A DNA stretch of 64,000 nucleotides from Octopus vulgaris (Eukaryota): NCBI GenBank assembly GCA_951406725.2, contig OX597814.1, forward strand, positions 97,216,001 to 97,280,000. The letters run 5' to 3'. The position numbers were made by a program, and so were the translations under genes. Under the pieces are notes generated by a model, which was given only the letters and a program-made list of their open reading frames with translations, did no database searches and was not told where the DNA came from. Positions 12,439-25,426 of the stretch are shown piece by piece. Numbering within the stretch: the stretch's first letter is position 1; every line of letters starts with the position of its first letter.

Positions 12439-13734
12439 GAATTCATTTGATGCCTATACATGTTAGGTATATTTTATTACTGTTCTCTCTTCATGTAGGG
12501 GTGGAAAAGTAATCCTGATATTTGTCATATAAAGTGATTGGAGTGTGCAAATTGTATAAGCACATCGATTTTAGGTTATTTGCAGAATTGAATGTAATTC
12601 AAAAACTATAACTGTTGGTGACACTGTAATCATGTGGACATAATCTATTTTCTCCCGAACTTCAAAGTCTATTAATTGTATGGATTTGTTATAGAACAAA
12701 TCTTTGCCATTGTCAACTGGCTATCATAACAGTTTATGCACTTTTCCACTTGATATAACTAACTGTAATTTCAGTTGGTTTAATATTTCATTATTGTATT
12801 TCCAAAGAAATACACTCCTGTATTTCAGTTATTTTGAAAATAATCTGGAATTCGGATTTATTTGTCCATCTTGCTTTAATTCATCATTTTAGTTATATGA
12901 TCTTTAAAAACTAACTCTCACACTGAATGTATGTGTATCCTCAACATGAAGTAATAACTAAGGCTATAACTTCTTAAACTTAAATGTTTTATTGATTTGT
13001 GTATATTTTGTAATAATTTCCTCCCTTTTCTCATTCTGAAAATCAGATTTAGTAAAGTGAGATCAAAATGTTTCTTCTGTCAGTGTTAGAAGTGAATCAG
13101 ATTAATAATCAACTCTGGCTGAAAACATTTGTTGTTGATATATTGAATTCAAATTCCACCAAAGTTAACTTTAGCTTTTGTCCTTTCAAGGTTGGTACTG
13201 GTGTCAATATAGCCAAATATACCTGCTGTTAAAGTTAGCAGCTTTGTGTAAGTTAAAGATAGTGGATTGGCAAACTGTATAAAGCACAGGATAAAATATC
13301 TTGGAGTGTTTGGTTGTCTCTTCACATTTAGTGTTCAAATTCTGTTGGAGTTTACTTTGCATTTCATTTTTCTAGGTATACAAAGGAAGCACTAATTATA
13401 TAGTAGGGTTGGTTTAATCTACTGCTACCAAATCCTAAAGGATTTGGAGTGGCTTAGTGGGAAGGGTGTTGGACTCATGATTGTAAGATTGTGGTTTTGA
13501 TTCCCCGACTGGGTGACATGTCGTATTCTCGAGCAATACACTTCATTTCACATTGCTCCAGTCCACTCAGCTGGCAAAAATGGGTGATCCTGCAACAGAT
13601 GAGTGTTCCGTCCAGGTGGGGAATATATACGCCATGAAACTTGAAAACTGGCCCTTAGACTTAAGAAAGTAACTTTACCTAAAATCTTAAATTTCTGGTT
13701 GTGGTGACAACGTTAGTGCATGCTAATTTAGTAT

Positions 13735-15290
13735 GTATTTTATCTTGATTTTTGGCAACAAGTCTCCTCAATTCTCAAGAATCTTTCTTAGGATTCTTGC
13801 AGAATATAGGATGGTACTTTTCTGCATGTTGACAATGCGAGATTCAATTCCAATCTCTTAGTCTTTTAGATAGCATTTTGGGTGTTGCACCAAGTGCACT
13901 GATTTCTACAGGAATAATTGTTGTCTTGGTCTTCTACAATCTCTTCAGTTCTCTGACTAGATCTTGATATTTCTCTATTTTTTCTTTAGTATCAACTCTG
14001 CTATCATAGGGAATTGCAAAATCTATAATCTTACAAGGTTCATAGGCTGACTATGAAAGAGCTGTTGAATTTCGCATGAATTAATTTCAGCCCTTCTCAT
14101 TAATAGTTGGATTGTTTCTTTTCAGGTAAAAAGTAACTAGTGACTTCTCTTGAAAATGGACAAAATTTGGCATTGTGGTGTTATCAAGTACCAAGAGAAA
14201 AAGGGTTTAGCCCCCAAGGACATTCATACTGACATGGTTGTTACATTAAGGGATGACGCTCCAGCTTCATTAACAGTGCAAAAGTGGGTAACTGATTTTA
14301 GGAGACGAAGGCAGAATCTTGAAGATGACCCAATGTGTGAATGTCCTACAACTGCCACCACCAAAGAAAACATTAATCAAGTTCACCACATGCTGATGAA
14401 TGACAGGTGATTGACTATATGCTAATAGCCAATGTTGTTAGCATATCCTGTGAGAGAGTTGAGAATCTCTGCACAATGAACTTGGCATGATACAGGTTTC
14501 AGCTCAGTGCCACACCTGACACCTGATCAAAAGTGCACCAGGCTGATCACCTCATGGGAAAATCTGACATTGTTTGAGGTAGATCCAGATGGTATCCTTG
14601 AACATTTCTTAATCCAGGATGAGTGTTGGCTTCATCACTTGAGCCAGGGACAAAGAGACAGACCATACAGTGGAAAATCCCCTTCTCCAAAGAAAGCCGA
14701 GCTCGTTTTATCTGCAAGGAAGGTGATGGCCTCAGTTTTTTGGGATGCAAAAGGCATCGTGTTTATTGACTATTTTCAAAAGGACCACACTGTCAGTGGA
14801 GAGTACTATGCCAACTTGCTGAGGTGGTTACAAAACATTGTCAAGACGAAATACCCAGGAAAACTGATGAAAGGTGTCTTGTTTCATGAGGACAATGCTC
14901 TAGAACACAGTCCAGTCCTTGGTTTCAATGGCTGCTGTGCATAACTGTGGCTTTGAACTGGTTAATCAGCTTCCCTATTCTCCTTCTGTTTCCCAACATA
15001 AGAAAACACTTGGCTGGGAACTAGTATTGCAGAAGTCAGATGTCATTTTAACTGGAATGAAACAATGCAGTTATTAATAAGAATGGTTGAAATCAATGCA
15101 TGCAAGATTTCACAGCTCTTGCATCACTCCTATGAACTTTTCAGCTCAAGCTCAGACACTGTTTATTTTGTCCTCTGTAATAATGCCTGGTCTTCTTGCT
15201 TCAAAAATATGGTCAGTCTTTAGTGGAAAGTCCCACAAGATCTTGTAATTCACATTTTCTATCACAGCCTCTGATTCATGTTCATCATCA
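13735..15290 (-). mobile_element. R4/Dong-like LINE endonuclease remnant split by a mariner insertion
   Basis: KILWDFPLKTDHIFEARRP (about 15180-15250) continues as CKIIDFAIPYDSRV...KIEKYQDL (about 13960-14035). Confidence 0.7.
14039..15152 (+). mobile_element. Mariner (Mos1/SETMAR-like) transposase pseudogene
   Basis: HTH region (TVQKWVTDFRRRRQNLEDDP), DECWLHH, KVMASVFWDAKGIVFIDY, VLFHEDNA; stops and frameshifts; GTTCATAGG/CCTATGAAC TIR remnants. Confidence 0.88.
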
Positions 15291-15404
15291 TCACGTACTG
15301 ATGTCATGACTTGATTTTGGTTATTGTTTGTAATCAGTTTACATTCTTTGTTGCCATGAAAGTTACAAATCTAATGAGAAATTATGTATTTATTTTTTTT
15401 GTAG

Positions 15405-15473
15405 AGAATGTCAGAGAAATGTTTCAAGAAATGTATAGTGAAACCTGGTTCTTCTCTAGATAATTCTGAGCAG
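15405..15473 (+). CDS. TIMM13: TIMM13 exon 2
   Basis: TTTGTAG|RMSEKCFKKCIVKPGSSLDNSEQ|GTAAGT; first CX3C motif. Confidence 0.95.
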
Positions 15474-16284
15474 GTAAGTTCAATTGTTATAGAGAATACA
15501 ATATTTGTGCAAAGAGAAAAAAATATAATTTTTTTCATATCTTGTAATAATTCTGCTTGTCATTCTGTTACTTAGCCCGTTGGTAATGCTTCCACATGAT
15601 TAGGGAAAAAGAGGGAGTTAGTGGGGATGTAATTGTAATGGTTTCTTGTGATTAGTTGAAGGGAAAGATAGGAGAAAGAAAAAGGAGAGAGAAAAAGAGG
15701 ATAAAGCAAAGAGGGAGAGAGAAGCATCCATGATGTGAGGTAGGGAGAACGTAATATTTATTATGTGGTTAAAGAGTTAAAAATATAATTTTAGCAGAGG
15801 GGTAAGGTTTTGATGGTGAGATTAAAGAAAGGTGTGGTGTTGATTGGATAGTGAAAAGTGTATTTTTTTTCTTAATTGAATTAAGTCTTTTATATCATCT
15901 ATCTCTTAACACATGCACATAAGTGCAATTCCATGAAATATTCATGCTTATTTATGTGGTAGTTATATGCAATTTAATATAATGGTTGCATCATATGTAT
16001 GGGATATTTTTTTTGTTTATAGGAAAAGTAAGAGTGAATATTTATTTTATGAGTACTGTGTATTAAGCCTATAAAACTGTATATAAAAAGTATATAAATT
16101 GTATATAGAAAGTACATTAAGTAATCATCGTATTCCAATATTTTCATTTTTCAATGAGTAGCAGATGAGCAACTATCTTCCCATACAGGCACAACATAGG
16201 CTACACTTTCAGTTTTTTTTTTCTTCAGAAATAACCCAGTAGATTTACAATTAATTCCGTGAAATATTTAAGAGTTAATCTTAA

Positions 16285-17368
16285 CCCTTTCGTTACTATA
16301 TTTCTGACCAAATTACACCCCTTATGTGTTTCAATTAATTTCTAACGTAATCATAAATTTAGTCTGGTTTCATTAAATAACTATAACTTTTTTATTTATC
16401 GATATATTAATCTGATTTTTGGAAGATAATTTAATGAAATATTCTCAACCAATTCTATACTATAATTTTTGTCACAAAGTGACTCTAATTACAGGTAGAT
16501 ACAGGTAAATTCAACAAAATATAATATTATTAAAATTTTGTTCAAACATCGCTATAGAAAATGGGTTATTAGCTAATATTCAATTGGGTATACAACAAAA
16601 TTTTATGATAGAATTTGTTATTCTGGGTAACTTTCTGATACCCATAATAATATTTATGGCAAAATAGTCTTAATTTCATTTAAGGTTGTGGGAAACCACA
16701 AACTATCCTTTCTTTCGCTTTGTTTACATTTAGCGTAACGGTTTGTTTTCGCCTAATGATTTCAAATGGGCTCATTCGAAAAAGTAAATAGAAATAGTCT
16801 AAGGCTTTACTCTCCTGGGAAAGTCTGTGGCTTGGTCCAGTTTCTTCAGAAAAATCACTGAAAGAAACAGTTTTTAAATTTTCACTCCATTCAGGTGCCA
16901 ATTCGTTTTCTTTATCGCTGTCGGAGCTCTCGAATTCACTGTTTTCACTTTCGGAAAATGAAACATCAGATTCATTATCAAATACCATGTGCTTTTTTTT
17001 TCAGTCATAGAGTTAGATTTATGAAGGTCTTCAGTAGAAAATCCTTCGAATTCTGACTCGCTGCTTGATATAATGAAATTCGTATCCATTTTTTGTCAGA
17101 ATTACAAATTTTGAAAACACAATAGGAACAAATTTCGGAAAAAAATCTCCCAAAATTCACGGAATTAAAATTACACTTTGATTATTGTACAAAACTGTAG
17201 TTGAACTGTTTACTAAGTATAATACGTGTTTTCACGAATGTACTGAAGAGATTTGCTCTGATATTCTCATTTAAATATGAATAGGTAAATTCGGGCGGCT
17301 TTGGGTGGTTTGGTCTCATAAACCAAAATTTTTTTCGGGCGGCTTTGGGCGGTTTGGTAACGAAAGGG
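16285..17368 (-). mobile_element. Internally deleted piggyBac element in TIMM13 intron 2
   Basis: TTAA TSD both sides; TIR CCCTTTCGTTAC/GTAACGAAAGGG; frameshifted acidic N-terminus followed by FSEETGP...ALDYFYLLF, typical of piggyBac transposases. Confidence 0.9.
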
Positions 17369-18991
17369 TTAAAGTGTTCATCACTCATCTCATCTTCTAC
17401 TAGTCTCTCTCTGTCCACTCCCTGCATTGTATAACAGTAAATTTCTGCTATTCATTGTACCCTACAGTTTGTGCAGGAATGTCTTTGGATCTATCCTTTC
17501 ATCTTTCTGACACTCACCTACTCTCCTCTCAACAGGTTATACTGCTTATGTAATGAGGGATTGAATTGTCTCTACCTGTACTCAAGCCCCCTACCTCCAC
17601 CAGTCTCTCTGTACTAGCAGTCAACATTGCATCTTTCCTCCAGTCACCCCTCGTCCCTATCTCAGCCATCACACACTTGTTCCCTTCATTCACATATCCT
17701 TCTTTCTGTCATCACTCTTGGTCAATTAACCAAATGGTCACAGCATGATGCAGTGAGGACCATTTAGTCTTACAGAGCAAAAGGCAACCCCACAGTTGCA
17801 GTACCTTGATAAAATACATTCAGTACACTTTGTAAAGTGGTTATTAAGTAGAAGCAACATAAGTTTGAAAGGACTCTTTAGCTTTGTCAGAGACATGAGA
17901 AACTCTCTAATGTTGGTGTTACAATAAAATGCACCTAGTACAATCTGTAAATTAGTTTGGTGATAGGATGGGCATCCAGCCATAGAAATCAAACCAAAAT
18001 TAAAATGTATGTGCGAGATGTCTAAGAGGGCAGTAACTCTCAATAAAAACTAAGTTGGACTGTGATGATCCATCTAACCTTTAAAATGATAATGTTAAAT
18101 TGTTGGGTACTCTGTCAGGTTTAGGTTGAAATGCTTAAATTTGCAAAACTACTAGTCACAGGCATTTTCATATGGGTAAGGAATTCACTTTTTGCAACTA
18201 TGTAGTTTAAGGTTTGTTGTTGCTGTGTAACACTGGGCAGTTGCCTTCTGTTATAACTTCAGGTTGATTAGGATCTCATGAATGAAATTGGGATTTGGAA
18301 ATTGTACTGAAGCTTGTGTGTTTTTGTGTTTGTATCCACCTATTGCCTTTATTTTATAAACATACTACATAAAAACATTGTCACCATGTATACATTGTCA
18401 TTCAAACTGTATCTTGGAAAAATTTCCTCTATAAGTCATTTCTAACCCATGCTAACATGGTAGAAGTGAGTGTGAAAATGAGGATGATGACTCCACCTAT
18501 GTTGACACAACCTACAAGCTTTTCTGCTTAACAAATTGTTGCAGAGCCTTTTGGCTAATGAGTTTCTACCAACTTTGCAGAATAATCCTGCTCACCATTT
18601 CACAGGCCTACTGACACTCTTGTAGGTAAAGGAGGCCTCCATATTTGACAATCTCTCCTCTTCCATCTGTACATGTCACACTTTCAACACATAGCTCTTC
18701 TTCAGACTTCACTATCCACACCTATAATCTCACTCCCACATAGACACAACTGTTATTTTGCCTGGAAAATAAAGATGATGACAATGATGTCTATATTATA
18801 CACCTAGTGAGTAGGCTTTTAAGAGGTGTTGAGAGTTTAGAGCTTAATGTATTATTTTGATAGACTATGTCTTAGTTTTTAATTACCAGTATCTTAAAAT
18901 TAGTTGATGTCATGTTTGTTTTGGATACTACTAAACTAAAATAAACTGTATTTTTCAGTAACTCATTTCATTTTTAATTTGTATTTTACAG

Positions 18992-19090
18992 AAATGCATA
19001 GCTATGTGTATGGATCGCTACATGGATTCTTGGAATTTAGTTTCCCGAGTATACAGCAGCCGTCTAAGTAAAGAACGAGCAAAAATGTAA
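18992..19090 (+). CDS. TIMM13: TIMM13 exon 3 with stop
   Basis: TTACAG|[32 protein letters not shown]; second CX3C motif; total 91 aa. Confidence 0.95.
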   Translation, partial: KCIAMCMDRYMDSWNLVSRVYSSRLSKERAKM

Positions 19091-19396
19091 ATGTGGGTTC
19101 CAATATTCATGCTGCATTGGATTTATTCAGGATTGTAGATCATGTACCCTTTGTACTGACCTGTTTTGAATTTTCAATAGTAATACTGAACAAACTTTGG
19201 AGTTCTCTGCAGCTCTTTCTTGTAGCAATGATGTTATATATATCAACTATGGGAGATATAGATAACGACTTGATTCATTTTTATTTTTTGTCTTTCTTTA
19301 TCACCCATGTGGGAAAATATTCATTGAAACAGTTCATTTCTGTTTTATTTATTTGAAAACAAAAAAATAGAAATTTAAAAATTGTATAATCAAAAT

Positions 19397-19449
19397 AATA
19401 AAAAAAACATGCATAGTGCAATTTTGTTGACAAATAAGTTTTTAATAAA
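19397..19449 (+). terminator. Candidate TIMM13 poly(A) signals
   Basis: AATAAA at 19397-19402 and 19444-19449 followed by T-rich sequence. Confidence 0.5.
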
Positions 19450-21613
19450 AAAAAAATATTGTATTTTGAATTGTTTTTCCTTTAATTCAGTAATTGTCTT
19501 GTTTATATTTCACCATTTGCTTTCATTGAATAAATCATCATCATTGCCACAGTCATCACTTAAAGCCTGGTATGGTTTGGTTGGTTTAACAGTCTAATGT
19601 ATTAGAGCACATGCCATGCCAAATATCTACATTAACATGGTTTCTATGGCTGGATGTCCTTCCTAATTTCAACCACTTTACAGAGAGTACTGAATGCTTT
19701 TTACATAGCATCAACACTAGTGATGATTACCTTGTAACTTAAGTTGGTCTGATAGATAAAGTGATGGAGAACAGAAGAGAGTGGATAATGATCCTAGGTG
19801 GAGAGATGAGGGATGACAAGTAGGAGGATAGAATGAGGGGGTATGGCAGAGAATGGGAGAGGCAAAGGATTTGCGTCAGGGTTGAGAAAAATGAAAGGAC
19901 AAACTTGAAAATGTGATTGAATAAATCGTGTGAAATAATCTGACAGAGGTGTTATACTATTTTACTTAAACAATCTTGCTGAAATTTTAGAACATGTTTG
20001 GAAGTTTAGAAACTTCAACAAAATGTGCATATTCAATAAGAAAATTTTTCTCATGATAGTTTCCATGAAATGTAGAATTGGTTTTTCAGTTAATATTTCT
20101 GTTTTAATGCAAAATTTATATATTTGCTAAGTTTAAAAATACCTGTTGAATATGAGAAGCCTCTATGCTTGTGGTTCTCAAACAATGTACTGCAGAATAC
20201 TAGTGTGTTGCAAAGGGTATTTAGGTAACTCTTGGAAAATATATAATTCCTGATTTTGTTATAAACAATTAATAAAAACCAGGGAAGAAGTAATTTTCTA
20301 TATATTTAAAGAAAAAAAAAAGATTTTAAACTTTCTAGGTGAAGTGCACCATCAAATTTTTTACTTACCATAATAAAAGGACACATTAGACAACGTAAGG
20401 CTGGAACATCTGTGATCAGGGGTCTGTTTTGTCTGAGATGACCTGAGGCTAAACAACATGGATTGTGGCCATACTGGGGCATCACTTTGAAGAGCTTAGT
20501 CAAATAAATTGACTGTCAGTCACTTTTTGCTGAACTGCTAAATTATGGGGATGTAAACAAACCAACATTGGTTGTTAAGCAGTGATGGGGGACAATCACA
20601 CACACACACACAATCTATTTGATGGACTTCTTTCACTTAAACATCTATCAATTCCACTCACAAGTCTTAGGTTGGCCCGGGGCTATAGTAGTAGACACCC
20701 AAGGTGCCATGCAGTGGGACTGAACCTGGATTCATGTGGTTGGGAAGCAACCTGTTAAACATTTATAAATATTTTTGTGTGGTTAATAAGTTTGTCCTCC
20801 AACTACACGGTTTCAGGTTCAGTCCTGCTGTGTGGCACCGTGGGCAAGCATCTATTAGAGCCTTGGGTCAACCAAAGCTTTGGTAGTAAATTTGGTAGAT
20901 GGAAAGTGAAAGAAGCCTGTTGTATATTATGTGTATGGTGTGTGTGTTTGTATATCTTGTATTTTTTACTAGTTTTAGTCATTGGGACATTACCTTGAAG
21001 GGTCTAGTCAAACAATTTGACCCCAGTGCTCGTATTGTTTTTGACCTTATTCTTTTGGTCTCTTTTGCTTAACCATTAAGTGACAGGGATGTAAACAAAT
21101 TAATACTGATGGGGGACAAACACAAAGATGCACACATAGATAGATAGATAAGTTGTTAAGCAATGATAATGATGAGATATATACACATGCATATATACAT
21201 ACATACACTCACATGACAGCCTTCTTTTTAATTCTGCCTACCAAATCCATTTACAAAGCTTTGGTCAGTGCAGTGCTATAGTAGAAGACACTTGCCCAGG
21301 TACCAAGCAGTGGAATTGAACTTGGAACCATGTAGTTGGAAAGCAAACTTCTTATCACACAGCCACATCTGTGTGTGTGTGTCTCCTTGTCTTGATATCT
21401 TTCAATCTTTTATGAAATCATGTCTGGTCATGTGGAAATATTACCTTGTTTGGAAACAGGTGAGTGTTGGCAACAAGGAGAAAATGTTGCAGAAGAAAAT
21501 ATTTGCATTAATGTATTTTATCTGATCTAAGCAAGCATGCAAAAGCAAACATTAAAATGGGAATAAAGACAAACAATTTTTGTGTTTTTTGTTGTTTTTG
21601 TTTCTTTAAATCA

Positions 21614-21619
21614 TTTATT
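21614..21619 (-). terminator. Candidate poly(A) signal of the SLC6 long isoform
   Basis: AATAAA on the minus strand at the end of a repeat-free ~1.3-kb stretch below the stop at 22909. Confidence 0.4.
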
Positions 21620-22908
21620 TAAAAGATCTTAAAAGTGGAGGTTAAACTGAGAGTAATTGATGGATGGAATACTTTTTTGTTATGAAGAAATGAAAGTTCA
21701 TGGTCATGCTGAGATCCAGATTAAATGAAAGTGATTATAATCTCTTTCATGTTTTCTATTTACAGCATCTATATTTCCCATAAAAAAAAAAACATTTCAA
21801 ACTAGAGTAATATATGCTCAACTATATAACTTATACAGTTATCTTCTCATTTTCTCAAAATCTAGATTATGAAAAACCTATCTTTCCAGTTCATTGTGGT
21901 TTTACACATCATAATATTGCTTTTCTCATGATAATAGTTTTATCTCTATCCAGCAATAAAGCAGTCTTAGTAGAATTATTACTCCTACTGTAATTTCAGT
22001 TTCATAATTTAAACAACTGGAGTCTTCTTTGTGGTTCTAATCACCAATGCAGAACAAATCTCTAATAATTTTATACAATTTGTAAAAAAATAGATTTAAC
22101 CAATAAAAAGACAAGTATTTTTTTTTTGTTTCGTTATACCTCCACTTATAAAAATGGCTTTAATGTTTGATTAGCTCAACTGAATTATTAATCAATTAAT
22201 GGACAAATTGAGTTTGCAGGGGTGTTGATTTTATTTTGGAAGAACCCAATAGAGGTACTAATCATGTTGTAGCTAACATTCATTTGAGCATAATTACTAA
22301 CATTCAACATTGGAATAATTCTAGGGTGGCTTATGTTTCTCTAATGTACATATTTTCTTAAAGCTTTCATTTGGAAGTTTGATATTAATATATGTACATA
22401 ACACCACTGAACTGAATTATGTAACACCACTAAAACTTACCAATTGTTTTTCTTTTTCACAATGGCCATAGGTCATCATTATTATTAGTGTAAATATCTG
22501 ATTACTACATAACCATGGTATAATTTTCCATGGATATTCATCAGGTTTTAGAAAATAGATTTTACTGATATTATAATTAGTAACCAATTAAAATACCATT
22601 TAAAAATTAGTTTGCACAATTAGACTTTTAGTTTGTATTGAGTTGGTATTAACAAAACATCTGGGAAAGATCTATACTATGAGTAGTTTAACTAACGGTG
22701 GTTTAACACATTTCTCCTGTATCATATTGAAACCTACTATTCATTTGTAACAATACAAGAGAGCATTTTCCCACCACTAACTTTTGGTCACTATGACATC
22801 AGGCTGCTGGTATCAAAACCATTTGATGAAGTGTTCAGCTGTGAGATTTTGCTCAGTACCTATCACATATCATCAGATAAAGTTTTAAATTAAACCAGTT
22901 GTGTTGAT

Positions 22909-23019
22909 TTACAGCTTGGTCATTTGTGTTACTTCAATTTCCAATACAGCAGGTCCGTCTTCAGTGTCTGGCAATGATGTTTCACTGGACTGTGATGTGG
23001 AATGAGTAAACCCAACTTC
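22909..23019 (-). CDS. SLC6 transporter terminal coding exon (long isoform)
   Basis: TTTACAG|EVGFTHSTSQSSETSLPDTEDGPAVLEIEVTQMTKL*; phase 0 matches the donor at 25427. Confidence 0.75.
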   Translation of the reverse strand, partial: EVGFTHSTSQSSETSLPDTEDGPAVLEIEVTQMTKL

Positions 23020-24862
23020 CTGTAAACAATGATATAAAATGTAGGTTAGCATGTACTTATAACTTAATAATTCAATATGTCTAGATGCAAGTTACACAAA
23101 CATATACTTGCTGCTACTAAAATTTGTGTTAGTGTCTATATTTGTAATGTGCGCTATAATGGAATCCCACCCAAACCTGTTAATCCTTAGGTTGTGGTCT
23201 CCCGAGCAAAAAACTATTGTTGACAATGGATGGATGTCTGTGGTTTGATGATAAGGATTCTGTTGTTTGGTCAACTGAATTACATATTCGTGAATTACCT
23301 TGCTAAATATGTCGCTTGTGAGTTGCAACACATTATTTCTGTAGTTTCTGTTAAATAAATATTGAAATCAACTAAATATGCAGGAAATACTTCTTCGTTA
23401 GTCAAGTAGTATAGAAATAAGTACACAGATTGTTGACTAGTTTTATTAACGTCTTGATGAAATGATTTGATGTAGAGATACTTAAGGAAGGAGTGGAGTT
23501 AAGAATTAATAAAATTTAACAATATTGCCAAAATACGGGCAATGGTGATTATCAAGACAATAACATAGTAAATGTATTGTAATATTTTTGTTTGTACATT
23601 ATGTCCTGTGTTCAAATCCCTTATCTGTTCTCCTTGAGTGGGTAAAGTAAGTACCAATGGTATATTAGTATATTCACTTAATTAACCTTACCCTACACAT
23701 TTTGAGAAAAGAACCAAGATTACCAAAGTTTTAGCTGTAGTAGAAGCTAATTCAATCACTTGAGGGCATACAAAATGTCTTGTATTTCTTTCAACTCTTT
23801 ACATTCTGACTTCAAATACAATTAAAATCAATTTTGCCTTTCATTCATTCAGGGCCAATGAAATAAAGTATCAGTTAAGTGTTGGGGCTGATGCTATGTA
23901 CAATCCCTGCTTCCCTCAAAACTGCTGGCTTGGAGCCTAATTTAGGAATAATAGTTAAGTGAGCCATCCAAATTTTCTATGTGGTTGAGAAGTTCACATT
24001 TAATCACACAGTTCTGGATTTGTTTCTGCTGACAAGCACCTTGAGAAAATGTCTCCTGGTTTGTGTGTAGAATTTGGTGGATGAAAGCTATTGAGTGTGT
24101 GTATCTGTGTGCGTTTGTGTGTGATGTTGCCCTCTTTAAATTTAAAGGTAATGGCCCAGAAGAGTTTCCGAGACCATAGCATGTTGAAACCACTTTAGTA
24201 AGTTTACATTATCATTAAAGTAATCAAACTTTTACTTGTTTGGCTAATTGCAAATAATTCTAATTTCATTGGAAGACTAACTGATAACTTGAAATATGAA
24301 TTTCTGCTTCATTCATTTGCTAAATCATTGAATACTTTAATCAAATATTTAAAAGTTTGTTTTATGCAACAGAAGCAGTATTAGATTAAAATAGCTATCT
24401 GTCTCTCATATTTAATGTAAATATATTGGGGAAAGGCAAATGAACTGTAGTATTCATCCAGAGATAATATTCCTTATGGAAGTACTGTGTTTAAAAAACA
24501 CAAACACATCAGTAGCAAACAAAAATCAACCAGCAGCAATTTTTTAAACATTTAGAAGTTTAAAAACAAATTGTTCAAAACAGACCTACACACGAAAATT
24601 AATTTCCAATATGGAATGAATTTTAATGACTGGACAAAGTTTAAAACAGAACAGAACTAACTTTTACTGCAAAAATCAGATGTGTATACTCAAAATTTCA
24701 TTACCCTTACCAACAAAAAGAAATTTTATATACCAGTCTATATCTTCTTGAGGAATGTCATATTTGAAGCTATTTCCCATTGAGATGTGTCAAGTTCATT
24801 GAAGCAATGTGACTCGCAGAAAATATCAATTCTATTTTTAGGTAGATATTTAACATCATTGT

Positions 24863-25170
24863 GGAGGCGCAATGGCCCAGTGGTTAGGGCAGTGGATTCG
24901 CGATTGTAGGATCATGGTTTTGATTCCCAGACCGGGCATTGTGAGTGTTTATTGAGCGAAAACACCCAAAGCACCATGAGGCTCCGGCAGGGGGTGGTAG
25001 TGATCCCTGCTATACTCTTTCACCACAACTTTCTCTCACTCTTTCTTCTGTTGGTCTGCTCGCTTAGCCAGCAGGGTGGCGTCATTTGAAGGCTAAAACA
25101 ATGCGAAGTGCATTGTGACTAGCGATGTGTAGCAACATCTGATAGCCTGGTCGGTCACGTGATCATGTGA
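24863..25170 (+). mobile_element. tRNA-derived SINE
   Basis: tRNA-like head GGAGGCGCAATGGCCCAGTGGTTAGGG...GGTTTTGATTCCC (A and B boxes) and a short-repeat tail GTCACGTGATCATGTGAT. Confidence 0.8.
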
Positions 25171-25426
25171 TTAAATATCATTACTGGAAAACATTGAAAA
25201 CATGCCTGGCCATGGGGAAATATTACCTTGCTTTGAGACAGGTGAGAGGTTAACGACAGGAAGGGTATCCAATTATAGAAAATCTGCCTTAAATTCCATC
25301 TGATTCATGCAAGCATGAAAAAAGTGGACATTAAAAATGGTGATGATGATGATAATAAGGAGGCAGAGGAGGAAAAAATAGATAATAGTATGCAAAATAA
25401 ATGTGATGTAAAGATAAATCACTTAC

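Noticed and set aside
22912-22920. TKL as a peroxisomal PTS1 signal
   Set aside because: PTS1 imports soluble matrix proteins, not a glycosylated 12-TM transporter; a PDZ ligand is the better reading.
24734-24831. Possible extra SLC6 exon between 25427 and 23019
   Set aside because: Immediate stop in the required phase 0.
24863-24937. tRNA gene
   Set aside because: Degenerate B-box, no clean acceptor stem, and it runs into a SINE body.
25331-25426. ORF-track C-terminus ending in HHHHHF
   Set aside because: Lies past a strong GTAAGT donor at 25426 and runs into a repeat's (GAT)n tail, so it is intronic.
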